The notes below the pieces were generated by a model. The model was given only the letters and a program-made list of their open reading frames with translations. It was not told the origin of the DNA and ran no database searches. Shown piece after piece: positions 23,893 through 37,654 of a stretch of DNA of 64,000 bases (the stretch's first letter is position 1; the number at the start of each line of letters is the position of its first letter). The position numbers were made by a program, and so were the translations under genes. This DNA comes from Lingula anatina (lineage: Eukaryota > Animalia > Brachiopoda). The stretch is from positions 7,068,001-7,132,000 of the forward strand of contig CM120647.1 of assembly GCA_051362555.1 (NCBI GenBank), in the 5' to 3' direction.

Positions 23893-25075
23893 TTTTAATG
23901 AGTTTAAGCATTTTTTTTTTTGTGTGTAATTTTCACTGTTCCTCATTCTGGCATTTCCAAGGTTTAACTCTTATCAGCCTGACACCTTAGGGACTATTTC
24001 CAGACCCTATCACGCTAACTGTGGATCGATCTATCTCCATGGGAATTCTCGCTAAATTGCATCAATGTCAGTGGCTTAGTTGTCTGTCACGCCTACTGAA
24101 ACTGGCATGCCAGAATCCTAAGACTCTCAAACTGAAAGCAATTTAGTGAGAAACCCCTTGGAGTTGGATTGATCCTGTTAGATTGATCTAGGTATGGGAA
24201 CTTAGTCTAATGCTTGATACACATTTTACTTTCATCCGTATCCAATGTTATGCAGAATAAGAATTTGATGTTGGCTATGCAGTTACAGTAAGCATAATAC
24301 ATTAGTTCATCAGAATTGACAGTATCCTATTCCCTGCGTTTTTATTTTCTGGTTTTTGCCTGTACATTTGACAGCTTTGCTGCCTTGTTTAAATATGTAA
24401 CCATGCTAGGCTACTTCCAAACATTTCTTCGTGTAGGTGTAATCGCCTTAGCTTGGTCAATATTACCTGGCTGGGGAAAAATGTGGGGGTCATAATTGCA
24501 ATTACAGTTATCCTTATATTATTCGTCATTTCAGGGTGTCCCGAACACGTCCAAGGACAATGTGAGTAAAATGCATCTTTTAATTTTAATTAACACCAGA
24601 ACTGCGTCAAAACTACCAAACAATTAAGGGACCATATATCTCCACGGTTGAAGCCAATCAGCATAAACGCTTACCCCTATTAATACCGCGTGGGGTCGTC
24701 TACACGCGTATCTGTTAACGTAATGAAAATTCTGTAATATGCATTATTTCCATGAATGCTTGAATTAATTTGTCACATCTAAGTCAGTATGCGAGGGACT
24801 AATGTTCGCAGTTTTGGTACCGTTTATGGTTATTTTGCCAGAAACAAAATAATGGTGTAATCGTAAACAACTACGCAGGTGTAACAGAAATGGGAGTCGT
24901 AGGTATGGTAGTTCGGCTCCCATTTGATAAATACAGGTAAGGGTTGCTTGGAGTACAGGGGACAGTGTATAAGACAAATGTCACCTGTACAGAGTAATGG
25001 GGATCGGACTATGGTTCCTAGCGGACTTCCATTCGTGTTACACCGGTTTTTCGCTATTAACCCATGTTGAATACA

Positions 25076-26100
25076 TACAAAATTGGTTAAAAAGGTTGTC
25101 CCAACCCCAACTCCATGTGCTTTTATTTACAAATGATCACCTCCAAGGTGTAAATTGTTATAAACATTGCTTTTTATTCCAGATGCCATAGTAACATTTT
25201 TAATGGTTTAGAAATACAAATATAAAATTAGTGGTGACAATATCCGTATTTTATGTTATCTAAATTTATAATATGTTCACCTTCAAATCCAATGTTTCAC
25301 TGTGATTTCCACAAATGTAAAATTTTAAGACGTCACTAAATGTCACCATATTTACACACAATTAGCATTAGGTTGTGCTCGTTAAAGGTCACGTGTCTAA
25401 CAGCATGTCTGTATACAACGTACTGCAATTAACTCCTGTAGGCGGCGCAGGTTGCTTCCATAAATGTAACAATTCTGTTTTGAGGAATATTGTCCCAGTC
25501 TTCCTAAATAGCTTGATGGAGTTGGTCCAGATTACAAGGGGATTGGTGCTCCTCTACATCTCTCACTCCAATACATATCACGGGTGCTCAGTATGCTCAA
25601 TAGAAGATAAATGCGAGCAAGTGCGTTGTCAAGATGAAGTCAGTAGCATCTCTGAGGTCACCTCTTCCAAATGGGGTGAGATATCTGTTGAGAATGTTAC
25701 AGTAAAATGCCTCAGTAACGTTCTGTTCCAGAAGGAACAGTGTACGAATACCATGGGCTTGGATTGCTCGCCAAATCTGGACTGATCTGACATCTCAGGC
25801 GATATAATCCTACACACACCCTTCCAAGAGGTATTCTGTAAAATGTGTACGGACCATCATTTGACCATAGATGAGATACGAGAAATACCTTGGTTCTTCA
25901 GCAAAACCAGCTTCATTCCAATGGTTGGCCAGATTCCGATGCCTCTGGGATCACTGAGCGTAACATTCTCATCTCATATCTCAATCCATCTGCAAGTGCT
26001 GACTTCAGGGTTAACTACAGGCTTCACCATGACAGCACACTTACTCACAGTTCTCGTTTGGCAATCAATTTGTAGCAGAAACACAATGTTCTGAAAAAAG
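25076..26100 (-). mobile_element. Degenerate Tc1/mariner transposon relic
   Basis: Minus-strand fragments LSSIEH, LDQLHQAI*EDWDNIPQNRI and SVQIW, with stops and frameshifts. 25085-25225 resembles the terminal sequence at 60890-61040 (inverted). Confidence 0.7.
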
Positions 26101-26649
26101 AACCACCACATTTGAGTTCAGAATTTTTATTTCTAAAACTACTTCATTGCAGTTTACCTTCCAGCACTTATATAGAATTGTAATACGAGTCCTGCAATAG
26201 CTCAGTTTGCTTTATCCTCACCTTTGCATTTGGACAAGCTAAATTAGATACAAAACTGTATGTAAATATTTGCTGATGCTGTTTCATTTCATTATCATGT
26301 TTTGGACGACGGGTGTTATGGAACATTCAACATAGTAGAGACCTTGTGCAAAAGTGTTTGTAAATAATTTTGCTGACTCGTTACGTCATACTAATACTAA
26401 TATTTGCTAGATTTGCTTTATACTTAAGACCATAACAATTGTAACAGGCAACAGATTTCACATTGTTAAAATTGTTAAAATAATCAGGATAGAAGGGTTA
26501 TATAAAAAAAATCAGCCTTAATCATTTAAGAAGTTGAATAAAGAAAATTGGTCATGGCTTGATTTTTGTATCGCTTTACTTATTGTGTTAGCTGGGAATG
26601 ACACTTTATAAAATGTTTGATTTCAGCGGGGTTTTGTTTATATTTCCAG

Positions 26650-26841
26650 TCGTTAACGGAGATTTGCGTCTTGTTGACAAATTTAATGATTACGAAGGCC
26701 GTTTGGAGATCTTCTATTCCGGGAGTTGGGGGAGGGTTTGTGGCTACTACTGGGACCTGACTAACGCCGATGTGGCGTGTAAACAGCTTGGCTTCCCCGG
26801 AGCCCACACTCCAACAGTATATATGAATCTGGCAGAGACAA
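26650..26841 (+). CDS. SRCR receptor exon: N-terminal half
   Basis: TTTCCAG| and |GTGAGT, phase 1-1. Encodes VNGDLRLVDKFNDYEGRLEIFYSGSWGRVCGYYWDLTNADVACKQLGFPGAHTPTVYMNLAET. Confidence 0.93.
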
Positions 26842-26879
26842 GTGAGTATGGATAATTCATTAGAAATGCCTTACCTGAA

Positions 26880-27317
26880 AAACTGAATTGTGGATATTTG
26901 GATTTCCTTTGAAGACAATAGGCATTCTGACACGAAGACCAAACATTTAACACTTGTCACAGTTAAACAGTTTAAAAAAAGATCTGAGTGGCAGCTAATA
27001 CATAGATGCCTCGGTGCCTCAAGGAACATGGCTGGGTCCGTTGCTATTTGTCCTGATGATAAACGATTTAGATCTACCTCTTGGTGAATCTCTGTACCAT
27101 AAGTATTTGGTTGACACAACAGTTTCTGAGATCTGTAGACAATTTGATGAAAGCAAACTACAGGAAATTACTGACACAAAATGGGGCTTGTCTAGGTCAA
27201 ACAATATGCGATTAAACAGAAGAAAAACAAAACAAATATCCATATCATTAATACCAAGAATGCAGATATCCCTAAGCTCGTGATTGACAAATAAGATAGT
27301 GAATTTATAGAAAGGAA
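26880..27317 (+). mobile_element. Degenerate LINE (CR1/L2 group) RT fragment, 5' piece
   Basis: PQGTWLGPLLFVLMINDL..HKYLVDTTVSE (degenerate YxDD)..NNMRLNRRKTK. Confidence 0.85.
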
Positions 27318-27321
27318 TTAA

Positions 27322-29507
27322 GTGCCAGTTTTTTTAAGCACCAGACAAGTGCGGCAAGGTGGGGGTTCACAGAATTTGACCTTATTGGGCTGAAATACTT
27401 GCCTGAGGACCCTTTTAACTTCTGCCAAATGTTATGCCATAAAACTGTATTTCAAGGGATTTATGCCCAATTTTCTGTTTTTCCAGCTTTCGAAGCAGAT
27501 TTTTAGTTATCATACACGTCACTCATATATATGCTTATTATACTCTTATCTAGCAATATATTTACTATGTACATGTATGATGTATTTTGTTGATCAATAT
27601 TCTTCCCCCCAAGACTTTCAAACTAAAAATATAACCCACCTTGTCCACACTGTACCCACTTTTTTCACCCCACCCCCCAAAACTAAGTTTAAGCATGGCA
27701 ATTTTCAGAGGGTCATAATACCCACTAGTAGAGGTCCGATGGCTGTCAAACCTGTATGGGTTTGTAAAGGAACATTAAAAATATAAAGTACAAAGGAGAT
27801 CCTCGTGGCCTTTTCTTTTGTTGGCGATATATTTTAATATTAAAATATCCGAAAATTGTAAAATTTGAATGGGTGTTGCTCTTGTCTTGGCCAGTAATAC
27901 CTGCTCAATTACTCTAATCACGGCAGATATGAACAATAGACTTTACAAGAATAGGCAATTGCCCTATAACAGAGCCCACCTTTGGGATTTAAACCGTCAT
28001 ATTCATATTTTGATGACTTGTGATAGAAATTTATGTAGCTTTGGTTAAGACATAAACCCTTTTCAACCTGCTACTTGGTCTCAAGTTTTTACCCTTTGCT
28101 AAATAGCTTCCATCTCGATTGTACACCTGGGAATGGTATTCCCTGTAATACTATAGCTTACAAAATTAATTAAAAATACTTTTAGTCTAATAAATTTAAT
28201 TATTCAGAAAATAAAACGACAAACAACCCACATTTTTCTTACATTTAATCATATAAAGAAAACTGTTTTCCTTTAACTTTTCTTTTCATCTACTACTTCA
28301 ACAATTATTGGACACAAGTGGGCACCAATCACACACACAACTTTAAATCAATCAACAATGTTTCATTATGCATAATCATCTCTTTATTGGATCTTTAAAG
28401 TTTAAGTATAAATAAGCAAATTATTTGGAAGTGTAGCAAACAATTGAAATCTTCAAACTGGAAAATACTTATTACCAATAACTTAATAAATGGGTGGAAG
28501 GCATTGTAACTGCCATCCAAGACTACTCCTGTCACCCTTAACTGAATAAGACACCGACAAAGTTTTGACTCAAGATTTAAGTGAATGTTTCAAAAAAAAA
28601 AAAAAGTACACTTGATTTTCATTCTACAAAAACATCAAAGTAATGCAAATCTATATTATCCAACTGAATCCCCTTCCTGAGAAGAATGAAGAAATAAGTT
28701 GAACTTATGTAATGGTGTAATTCATGGATTATTTTTCACTACTCAGGACCAGGAACATATATTGCTGCATTCAAATATATAAGTCAAACTGATCTTTTGC
28801 TCCAAGGAATAAAAATATGATATTCAATATCAATATCTCAGTAAAATCTTATCCCATTTAAAGGTGGCATTCACGGATATCTTCAGTAAAATGAAACAGA
28901 AAAAAAGCAGCCATGATCCTAGGTTTCAAAAAAAAAAAAAAAAAAAAAGAACTCCGAACATTTATCATGGGACTCAACACCTAAGCGGCCAGAGGTCCGG
29001 GACACCTTGAATTGAATTTAAAAATGCGGAATTCCACGTTTCTGGGGCAAAAATTCATGTCTGAAAAGCTCCTTGTAAAAAAAGGTCATCGAAAAGTGTC
29101 AGTTTTCATCATTTAATGAAGCTCCCATAAATTACTTCCTCTTGGGGGATCTCCTTGCTACTTGCTTGGATCATCATGGCTGACATTAGCTATCTGTCAG
29201 GTCATTGGTGTCCTTCCACTGTAGATACAAATACTTGTTCAAAGTAGATAAACATCAAAAATACATTTTAGTTTGTTGGCCAGTAAGTCAATCCTCTTCA
29301 CAAAACTTCTTTTTCGGGTGCTTGGATTAATCACTATTTTCTTTGCCATATATATCTGATTCCTGGCTGCTCTTTCTGACCAGTCTCCAAATTAACATCT
29401 TCTAGCTAAAATAACAACAAAAATTTATTCTTTAATCTATTGAATGGTTTTAATTTTCAACCAACAAAATTTACCATGAAACCCCATTTTAGGCTACAAC
29501 TAAACTT

Positions 29508-29569
<62 letters not shown>

Positions 29570-31130
29570 CATGTAATTGTGATATGATTGTTACCCTTTA
29601 AATCACTAGCAATGATCTATAAAAGCAGTATTATTTAGTTGTGAGGGTTCTGTAACTTGTTGCTCATACAAAAAAAAGTTTACACTGCTAACATGTACAG
29701 TACAAACATAAGCTCTTTTCACTTTACGTAATAACAAATTTGCTGTGGTTCTGAGGGTCAGAGATAGCAGTATTTAGATGATGACTTAGCTTCACTTGTC
29801 TAATTACTATGCATATTTAATTCAAACAACACAGATATCATACCATTATCAACCTTCTGTCTGTATGAAAATTCGGTGTGTTAATTAATTATAAAGATGT
29901 GACGAATGTCAACTTTTTAATTACCTGGGCCCAACGAACTGAATATCTTGGCTTTGTCTTGATAAAAATTTGGATACACTGTGCATGAAAGCTCCCGCTT
30001 GGTCCGAGCAAGGAAAGTCCTACAATAACAACTTGGTTCGAAGAAGTAGTTGACGTGTTCTTGCAGCTCCCCAAAGTATCCATAGCATGTGACGATGCGC
30101 TGGACACACGACTGAGTCGAGCTCACTCTCCATTCCTCTGATCTGATGACATTGCCTCTCATTAGCCTCTCACTCTGCATGTAACTTTTAGCATCGGGAG
30201 GTGACCCCAATCATCTCAGTCGTATCTCCTGAGTATCGCACAACCTTTCCGTCTTTGTAACGGTCTACAGAACAACAAAGTATGCGCTTTGCTGCTTGAA
30301 ATTCGGAAAATCTGCAGTGCATTCATCGCAGGTTTTCCACCACTGCTACTTGAAACTGTCATGGCCGCCTACACGAATTTAGTTTCGAATGCATGTTTGC
30401 CCCCGTATTTGAACTTAGCATATACTTAATATCCAGGAATCAATAAATAAAAAGTACAGAAGACTATTTAAGTTAATTAGTCCCTAAGTAACGTTGAAAT
30501 TAACTTAAACATTCTTGAATGCAAGTCGAAACTGTGGGAAGCAAAAATGTTTTACGATAATGTAGCCAGAAAATAGAAGAATTTGCGTCGCTGTTGCAAA
30601 ATTTGTAGGGAAAAGGCCACGCCAGTGTTTTAATTTATGGTAGGCCCCTTGTCCATATTTTCAGTAAATATCAGTGATATTATCTAAGGTGCTCTACTAG
30701 TGGAGATATAAGGCTATTGACAGGGCGGGTATCTGCGGCAGTCATCAAGTGACCTCAAATAACCTCGGTAGTTTGTAACCATAGCAACGGATTTATGATA
30801 TAAATCTCTGTCGTTATAAAGATTATATATCCATCTTTCAATTGTGGTATTGACCGAAGTAATGTATTGATCACTTGATGCACATTTGTGAAGCAAACTT
30901 TGATGAAAAATACACCACTCACACAGCTGAAAAGTGAGACGGGAGCCACGCGAGGCAGTGAAATATGAATATGGCTGTATCTCGACAATAACGCAAAGGA
31001 AAGCTTTAATATTTTACAGTTAAATTAAGGTCACAAAGGTGATTAACTGTGGGCAAAATGAGTGTATTCTGTGAGAACCCCACCTTGCCGCTTTTTGGCT
31101 GATTTGCCTGGTGGTTAGAAAAACTTGCAC
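27322..31130. mobile_element. 3.8-kb TIR DNA element flanked by a TTAA duplication, inserted in the LINE relic
   Basis: ~55-60-bp imperfect TIRs (GTGCCAGTTTTTTTAAGCACCAG..GCGGCAAGGTGGGG..CACAGAAT vs reverse complement at 31065-31130). TTAA at 27318-21 and 31131-34. The LINE frame resumes after it. Confidence 0.8.
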
Positions 31131-31134
31131 TTAA

Positions 31135-31620
31135 ATTACTTGGGAGTGTAAATCTCTAATGACCTCACCTGGAACGTACATGTAGACAAAATCACAAAAA
31201 ATAATAATGAATAAATAAATAAATAAAGCAAAATGATTCATTTTCTACAGCACCTGAAGCGTGCAGGCCTTACAACTGGTGACCCTCTAACTTATTACGT
31301 GCCAGGCGGTCATAAGGCCATGCAGTTTTAGAATATTCTGCCCCATGTGTGGCACTTTGGGTTAACAAATGAATTGACTGCCCTAGTACAGGGTAGAAAA
31401 ATCTCAAGGAAGAGCTCTTAAGATATAATTTAACCTGATCTTGAATATGGCGCTGCTCGTGAACATAGTTAACTTGAACTACTGAGTGAAATACGTCTCA
31501 ATGCAAACATTGTTTATTAGGATATCAAATGAATCGGATCATATATTGAAATATCTTTAACAACCAAACCAAAATGTAAAATATTTATTAAGGGAGCAAG
31601 ACCTAGAATTTAAACCAAAC
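31135..31620 (+). mobile_element. Degenerate LINE RT fragment, 3' piece
   Basis: With frameshifts: KLLG..ISNDLTWNVHVDKITK..HFLQHLKRAGL..AVIRP..LEYSAP..VWHFGLT. Confidence 0.8.
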
Positions 31621-32443
31621 GACCGATGAGTGTCTTTTAAACCAGTGTGATATAGTGGTTTCAAAATTAACTGATAGACTTTAATTTCATTTTTAACCTT
31701 CTATTTTAGTTATTTTGTTTTAAATTTGTTCAAATATGTCTTTTTATATTCCTTCCTTTCTTATTGACTGGTGGTTTTATTCAACTACAATGCAATGAAT
31801 GTAATTATCCAACCCTCGGGTTGCAAATTTGGTAATAATAATAATGATAATAATAATACTTAAAAATGTACACACACTGTATGTCAAAAGTGAAAATTAA
31901 ACCAATATAAATGTGTAATTTATAAGAACACTTCACGTAAAAACCTCGTATATCAAATTATATTTGACTAAATCATCATGACTTGTATGTGTTTAATAAA
32001 GCTACCAAAGCAAACGTTTGAGTCTTGATCATTGTTTGTCATATATTGTCATTTACGAAATTGTTGTGAGTTCATTGCATGCAGGGATGTTGATCAGCAA
32101 TGAGCTGCTTATGGGAGTACACACGGCAAAATCAGTCAAACCCGGCTTATTTCTAGAAGAGCGTGGTTGAAGCCAAAATTTTACTGATAGTACACCCTAA
32201 TTATTTTCCCTACCACAAAAAGAGATTTTAAAAAAAAATTAATGAAAAAAAAGACAGATGAAAATAATGTCAGATGACAGCCATGTTGCTAGTTATGATG
32301 TTTTCTGGGAGGGCGTGAACATTATGGCGTTTAGTTATACAGCATAATAAAACAATTCTAGACTGCTGCCCAACGTTAATATGTTGTTTTGAAGATTGAA
32401 GCCAAAGTCAATAATATCTGTGCATCATTTTTTCAAACAACAG

Positions 32444-32575
32444 GTCAATACTGGATACAGAATTTGAATTGCTATGGAACAGAGGCACGCCTGGCAGATT
32501 GCCCCCATAGCGGCTTTGGTGTCATCGACTCATGTTCCCAGTCAGATTATGACGCCGGCGTTCTGTGTAAAGGAT
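32444..32575 (+). CDS. SRCR receptor exon: C-terminal half
   Basis: CAACAG| and |GTGAGT. Encodes QYWIQNLNCYGTEARLADCPHSGFGVIDSCSQSDYDAGVLCKG. Confidence 0.93.
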
Positions 32576-33028
32576 GTGAGTAGATATTAAAGGTGGATCC
32601 AGAATCCTTCCTCTCAGTCTCAATAACAGTCTGAAAAATCTAAAGACAAAGAAACCAAGGAATGCAGTCCCATCACCAGGAGTGTTAGTCGAAATGGGAC
32701 CTGTTTTTTTTTATTTACACTGGAAATATATGCCCTACCTGACTTTGTTTCTCTCACACCTAAATAAAAATTATGAAAAAAAAATGAATATAATTTAAAG
32801 TTTCGTTTAAAATTTATTAAAATATTTTTCAGTAACCCCAACGGGATTGATTAAAGACTTCCAAGACATTACTTTAATAAGCATATGATGGCAGAGAAAT
32901 TTACACAGCAGTTACAGGGTTTTGTAAGTTTTTATCCTACTTACCGGCGGACCTGAATTGTGATCACACCAACAGTGCATTGTGCAGTGCTGTTCTAAGT
33001 TGTTTCTTTCTATGTTTATTTCCTTCAG

Positions 33029-33232
33029 CCAACGACGGAGAAATCAGATTAATCGGCAAAAGCCAATACATTGGAAGAGTGGAGATATTCTATGCAGGTA
33101 GCTGGGGGAGAGTGTGTCATAGCGGGTGGACAATGAATGATGCCAAAGTAGCCTGTAGACAGCTTGGCTTCAGAGGGGCACTGGGTTACTGGGGAACGTG
33201 GTCGCCGAGAGGGACTTCGAGAGTTGTTCTAG
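33029..33232 (+). CDS. SRCR receptor exon: N-terminal half
   Basis: CCTTCAG| and |GTATTG. Encodes NDGEIRLIGKSQYIGRVEIFYAGSWGRVCHSGWTMNDAKVACRQLGFRGALGYWGTWSPRGTSRVVL. Confidence 0.93.
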
Positions 33233-33931
33233 GTATTGCGTGTTTGTCTGTATGTATGTTCATCCGTATGTATGTTAGTCCGTATACATGTCTCTGTGTT
33301 TCAGTCCGTCAATCTGCCTGTTTGACTGTATGTTACTGGCCGAGATCTTATCTGATTGCTTGTCTGCTTGTGCTTCTTTGCACTAGTCTGTCTGTGTGTC
33401 TGTCTGTCTGTCTCTCTCCTCGTGGATGCCAGTTTGCTTCACTGTCCTTCTTCTAGAAATGATAAATAAACGCTCAATACATTTTGGTTGGGAAGGTGTT
33501 ATTACAGACCTGATAAATATAATTATTGTTTTTGTGCGCGTGTATGATCACTTAGTTTTGTATTAAAGTTGCAATATTTTCTGTAATGCAGCCCACGGAA
33601 AAAAATGTGGGTTTGTGTAATGAAATGTAATGGCATGTTATCTTATGGTATATTTGGATCCCTTGATTAGACGTGTTTTTAATAGTTAATTAACAATTAT
33701 GTTTTTTTCTTACAACAAAATGTTGGAATTTGCATGAAAGTTGCTAAAGATAAAAGCAACTAAAACATATTAGACATATTAAGACATTAAAACACACAAA
33801 AAAGGAATTAAATAAAGTGATGAAAGTAACCGTTTATTTCAGTTTTATGTTATTTTAATGTACTTAAGTCGCATCGCGTCACATGCATAGTGTGTCTTTT
33901 AAAGACGTAAATTACAAGTATAAACTTCCAG

Positions 33932-34057
33932 ACCAGATAAGCTGTAACGGCACAGAGAGTCGACTGGATGCCTGCCATCATGGATGGGTAGGATACCCCA
34001 GTCCATTGTCCTGCTCGCGAGATTCAAACGTGGACGCCTGGGCCGCCTGTGAAGCTC
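33932..34057 (+). CDS. SRCR receptor exon: C-terminal half
   Basis: CTTCCAG| and |GTGAGT. Encodes (D)QISCNGTESRLDACHHGWVGYPSPLSCSRDSNVDAWAACEA. Confidence 0.9.
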
Positions 34058-34091
34058 GTGAGTATAAGCATTGCGATGGCATCCAGCATTA

Positions 34092-37000
34092 GGCCCTGTC
34101 GCACTATAGTTCTCATACGTTGGGAAGAAAATAATAATTCATTCTAGCCTATGAATATGCCTTTGAGTTCCTTATACGAGCGTATCAGTAGCGTATGAAC
34201 ATAACCGCATGGGTAGTGTGCTTCTGATTTATTGTCTATTATGGTTTGATATGGATATAGTGCATGGGTAGAGTACATGTATATGCAATGTAAAACTGAC
34301 GAACTAGTAACGTAGGGGGCGTGTCTCTGACGATTAATTAACGTATGTATTTTAAACGTTTGTCTGCCGTAAGTTAATATATATTTCGAATATATGTTTA
34401 CCTAACGCACGATTACCGTATGACAAACGCATCCTGTGCTTTGTCTTTTGTTGTAGGGTAGATGTAGATAATTTTGAAAACCAGTTGGATTTGTTCCAGT
34501 TTGCATGCCAAAATTATCAACAAATTAGATGCACACTACCCATATATTGTTCATACGCTCATATGCTCATACCTACAATGAATACTATATTCCTACGCTC
34601 ATATATCAGCCATTCCACGAAAAGGGGTACAATTCCAAAACAAGAAATGCAGTGATATGAACTTTGCAAAACTGGAAAACTTTTTATATTATTTTGATGA
34701 AGAGGTATTCAGAGAGTAGTAGAATAATTTTAACCCACACCATTACTGTATTTAAAGAAATATGCACGTGTAAACATGGTACAGTATTTGATTCGTTACG
34801 GAGGTTAGGTAACATCTAAATTAGGTTATATTTCAATCATGCCAAAGGTCACAGGCTCCATATTTGATTCAATTATTAAGATTTTGTATGTATTCAAAAT
34901 ATTATTGCCCATTTAAAATATCTCTTCAATTATAGAAAATGCGGTGCAAACACATTGGTGATAAGTGGCTCGTTTTCTATAAATACAAAGGCTGAGATAT
35001 TCCAATTTAAATATTTTATTAATCGTTGGGGACAGATTTGCTTTTTTATCATACTATTTGTTTATGAACAAAGGGCTATCAATCTATTATGGTATGAGCA
35101 TTGATCAATGAGCACACACATATCCAGTGTTCAAATGAAAAATGAGTAATTTCGTAACGGAGGTTAGGTCATTCTACATAGGTCAGCGATCATATATTTG
35201 TTTTGATATTTTTAGCTTAAGGTAGACTTTAGAAGTTGAATTTTGAATTTATAGTATTACAGATACGACAAATTTACATAATAACATAGAAAAATTGATA
35301 AAACATGTTTATTCAAACCATTAAATGGCAAATGGTTACGACGGGTTGTTTTGCTTACTTTCAAGGACTACATAAATACATTTACCACTACTGGATACAT
35401 TTCACCGCTAATATGTTGAACTATGTATCTGTAGAATTCACATTCCATATTTTACCAGAGTAAGAGTTTAATTTATAATCTTAGTAACAGAGGTAAGGTA
35501 AAACTCTAGTCTAAATTATGTCATACATTTAAACCGTTCAAAATCTTTCACAAGAAAAGCTTCGCGGTCATTAGATTTTTTTCTTTCTCTGTAGTGTTTT
35601 TGTCGCTCTGTATATGTAAGTGGCATATTGGTGTCTGTATAACAAAACATTAAACCTACATGCACATGATCGCAGTTATAGGCAATAAAATACAACAAAA
35701 TACCCGAGAAAGTTGATGCATACAATCAAATAGGCCGACAATAGACACGTGTTTGCCAATAACTGTCCATTTAAAGTTACTGGAAGCATCTAGAAGATGA
35801 TAAAAACTATTATGTGCTACTGAAATAGTAAAATAGGACCTAATAATCCCGCAGTTCTACCTGATAAATGTAACTGTTGCTTCAATGCTTAATATATTTC
35901 GCCATATGTCTCCCGCGAAAATAATGTCTGCTACATGCACGTTAGTGCTGATGTCAGCTTGTACCATTTTTCTTGCCAAGACAGTCCTGAAACTACTCAT
36001 TTCGCTTAAAATCAGAATGATAAGTTCAAAAAGGCATCGTCAAGTGACAAACGGAAATCAATTCGATAAAACAAATCACGATTTACCCTCGATTTTATAG
36101 CAAACTGGAGTAAAAACTTAAATCATTAGCCTTTCTTGATAGAATTATCAGCTATATATGTATATTTTATATCTATATTAATGCGGGGTAATGCCTTTAA
36201 CAGCAAGCAGTATGAATGCATACTACATCAGAACATACAAGTAGAACTACTTCTATGATCAGAATTAACTCACAAAACCACAGAAATAACGTTTTAAAGT
36301 ATTAACAGTCATTTTTATAACAATTAACTTATTTCGTAACGGAGGTTAGCATAACGGACGTAAGGTGACACGCATTCTTTTTCAGTTTTTATCCTCGGGA
36401 TAACTTTGCATAACTATTGAATGAATTTTTTAGGAAGAAGTTGGTCCTTGCTTAACAAAAATGATATTTTTAACTTTCTAAAGCAACATTTTCTTCAAAT
36501 TTGATCCGTTACTGAGGTTAGGCTCTTAAATGCGACACCCTTGTGAGTTAACATTCTCTATGATGGAACGCATCATTCAAAATTAACAAATAGCACTGTT
36601 TTATTAAACATCATGTATTATGAGTTTGAAAAATGCACAGGAAGGCCATTTAAGAGCATTTTCTTTTATTCTTACATTGACTTAAAAAAGCGTTACGGAG
36701 GTTAGGGGTTACTGAGCGACATTGATTAAACTATGACAGTGACGTAACTAACAACAAATTCGACAGAGAACACCATGTATGATAAAAAGGAACATGAATC
36801 CAAATTAGTTGAGGACTAAAAACACTAAAACATGGGAAAATATAAACTTTTTCTTGTGGCAAATAAGCTAATATACCGAAGCGACACGTCGGAATCGTGC
36901 TTTTTGCGGCATATAGACCCCCGGGGTTCCCGTCAAAGCAAGTGGTACTATATTAATTGTTGTTTTTTAAGTAGAACACATCGGGTCCTGCTAAAAAAGG

Positions 37001-37431
37001 GTAAAAAAAGCAAAATTGCAGATGCTTCTACTACCGAAAATAAGCTGCGACAGGTATTATTCAGAATTGTACCCTTTTTCGTGGAATGGCTGATATACGT
37101 TACTCAAACGCTTATTTACGGGACTCAAATCATCATATACTCAAGTCAGTGCTCATTATACATTACTCATCCGTTGTGCTTACGTTGACATACCCCTCAT
37201 ATACCGGGTACTATGGCATGCCCTGAAATACGACCATACTGTAAGTGCTACCCATTGGATATTCAAACACAAGTTATACAACATTAACACGCTATTAATA
37301 GGCTATTTGTACATCTTATACAATTCTTCTCATACGTTTGGAACCAACGATAGACGCTCAAAGTAGTGCGTATAATCGAATTTATACACAATATTCGTAC
37401 GTACCTCTATCACGATTGGTGAGACAGAGGT
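34092..37431. mobile_element. Harbinger-like MITE split by a nested insertion
   Basis: TTA-GGCCCTGTCGCAC at left and GGTGAGACAGAGG-TTA at right. ATACG/CGTAT-rich arms at 34092-34606 and 37093-37431. Confidence 0.5.
34607..37092. mobile_element. 2.5-kb non-autonomous TIR element with 4-bp ATAT TSD (Sola-like)
   Basis: 28-bp TIRs CAGCCATTCCACGAAAAGGGGTACAATT / AATTGTACCCTTTTTCGTGGAATGGCTG with ATAT on both sides. Minus-strand relic MPLTYTERQKHYRERKK. Confidence 0.8.
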
Positions 37432-37553
37432 TAAACAGGGATGTCGCTTTGCTCTGAAAAAAATATATATATATAAACAGTAGACATATTTTTACAACTT
37501 TATAACAATATTTTAAGAACACGGATGGCAAACAACGTTTAATAAAATTTTGG

Positions 37554-37613
<60 letters not shown>

Positions 37614-37654
37614 TTGGAGGGCCTTCACTTTCAAAAGGGCACAGAACACTTGTA

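Larger units (their letters stand above)
6753..24450 (+). repeat. Segmental duplication, copy 1
   Basis: Collinear matches to 46064-64000: 6753~46064, 7795~46697, 12893~47007, 13546~49032, 19212~58673, 21250~61490, 24390~63940. Copy-specific indels present. Confidence 0.9.

Noticed and set aside
5315-26649. A promoter or signal-peptide exon for an independent gene starting at exon 26650
   Set aside because: No convincing ATG plus hydrophobic exon was found by eye. It cannot be excluded without transcript data.
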